DNA of 64,000 nucleotides from contig OY253686.1 in the NCBI GenBank assembly GCA_958009085.1, positions 248,001 to 312,000 of the forward strand, read 5' to 3'. Under the pieces are notes generated by a model that saw only the letters and a program-made list of their open reading frames with translations, was not told the origin of the DNA and searched no databases. Shown here piece after piece: positions 63,356-64,000 of this stretch (position 1 is its first letter; every line of letters starts with the position of its first letter). Position numbers and translations under genes: made by a program. The stretch comes from Protoeuglena noctilucae. Its lineage: Eukaryota.

Positions 63356-64000
63356 GGTGCCACGCCTCACGATTTCCCCTAATCGCCGCTGGCAATGTGG
63401 GCAATTTCCGGCACAGCCTTGAGCAGGCGCGATGTCTGCGTAGTTGAGGCGGTGCGGGACGAGAGTGTTGTCAATGACAGCGCCGGGCGTGTCAGTTCAG
63501 CTGTGGCGTCGCGGCGAGGGCGCCAACTTGCTCGCCGACAGGCCCGCATGAAAGAACCCCATACGAACCTCACAAATTGTCTGCTTCAGGGCGTTGATTC
63601 CACGACCAACACGCGCGGCACGCCTTGACCTGTGCAGCTCGCCTGGTTTGCCGGGGAGCGGCCTTTTGCAAGCGACCTTTCCAGGTCGCCAGGTCGTATT
63701 GTTCACAGGATAACGAACGACCGCCCTAACGGGCGTTGCGAGGAGTCCGTGACCAGCGGGGGGGGCGAGACATCCGCGTCCCCCTTGACGGGCGGCAGAG
63801 CCCCGCGGGGGGACCGTGACCGGAGCGCGGCGATGATGTTAAACACGGAGGTGACAAAGCGTAGCCAGCGTGTTGCATTTCTCGCACCCCGCCCTCTGCT
63901 AGCGGCGGGAGTTGACACTGTGAGGGCAGGACTTGCAGACCGCCACCGCGCGCCTACGGTTCACGGAGCGCGTGTGAGTCGACCGAAACCAATGTTTGTA

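Overview
GC-rich, intron-dense eukaryotic nuclear DNA, most likely a green alga (plastid-type PDH E1-alpha, plastid FAD6, algal HydG). I reconstructed about 19 spliced genes by hand. Recognisable ones are HydG, CDP-diacylglycerol synthase, FAD6, a DMT/EamA transporter, plastid PDH E1-alpha, a mitochondrial-carrier protein, AsnRS, Tim10, a TRAP-alpha-like protein and CWF19-like 2; several others are hypothetical. There is a 200-N gap at 43169-43368. The standout is a ~12 kb minus-strand gene (7857-~19830, roughly 3,600 aa once spliced). It fuses an N-terminal EEP nuclease/phosphatase domain, a DUF3638/DUF3645 helicase-like ATPase core and a C-terminal beta-helix with near-identical 135-bp repeats, and is bracketed by a degenerate ~70-bp direct repeat. 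Other notable patterns are frequent GC-AG introns, a divergent pair of signal-peptide-bearing Cys-rich ankyrin paralogs, and repeated copies of exon-end/donor junctions inside introns. All domain calls come from motif recognition by eye; no searches were run, and several start codons are approximate.
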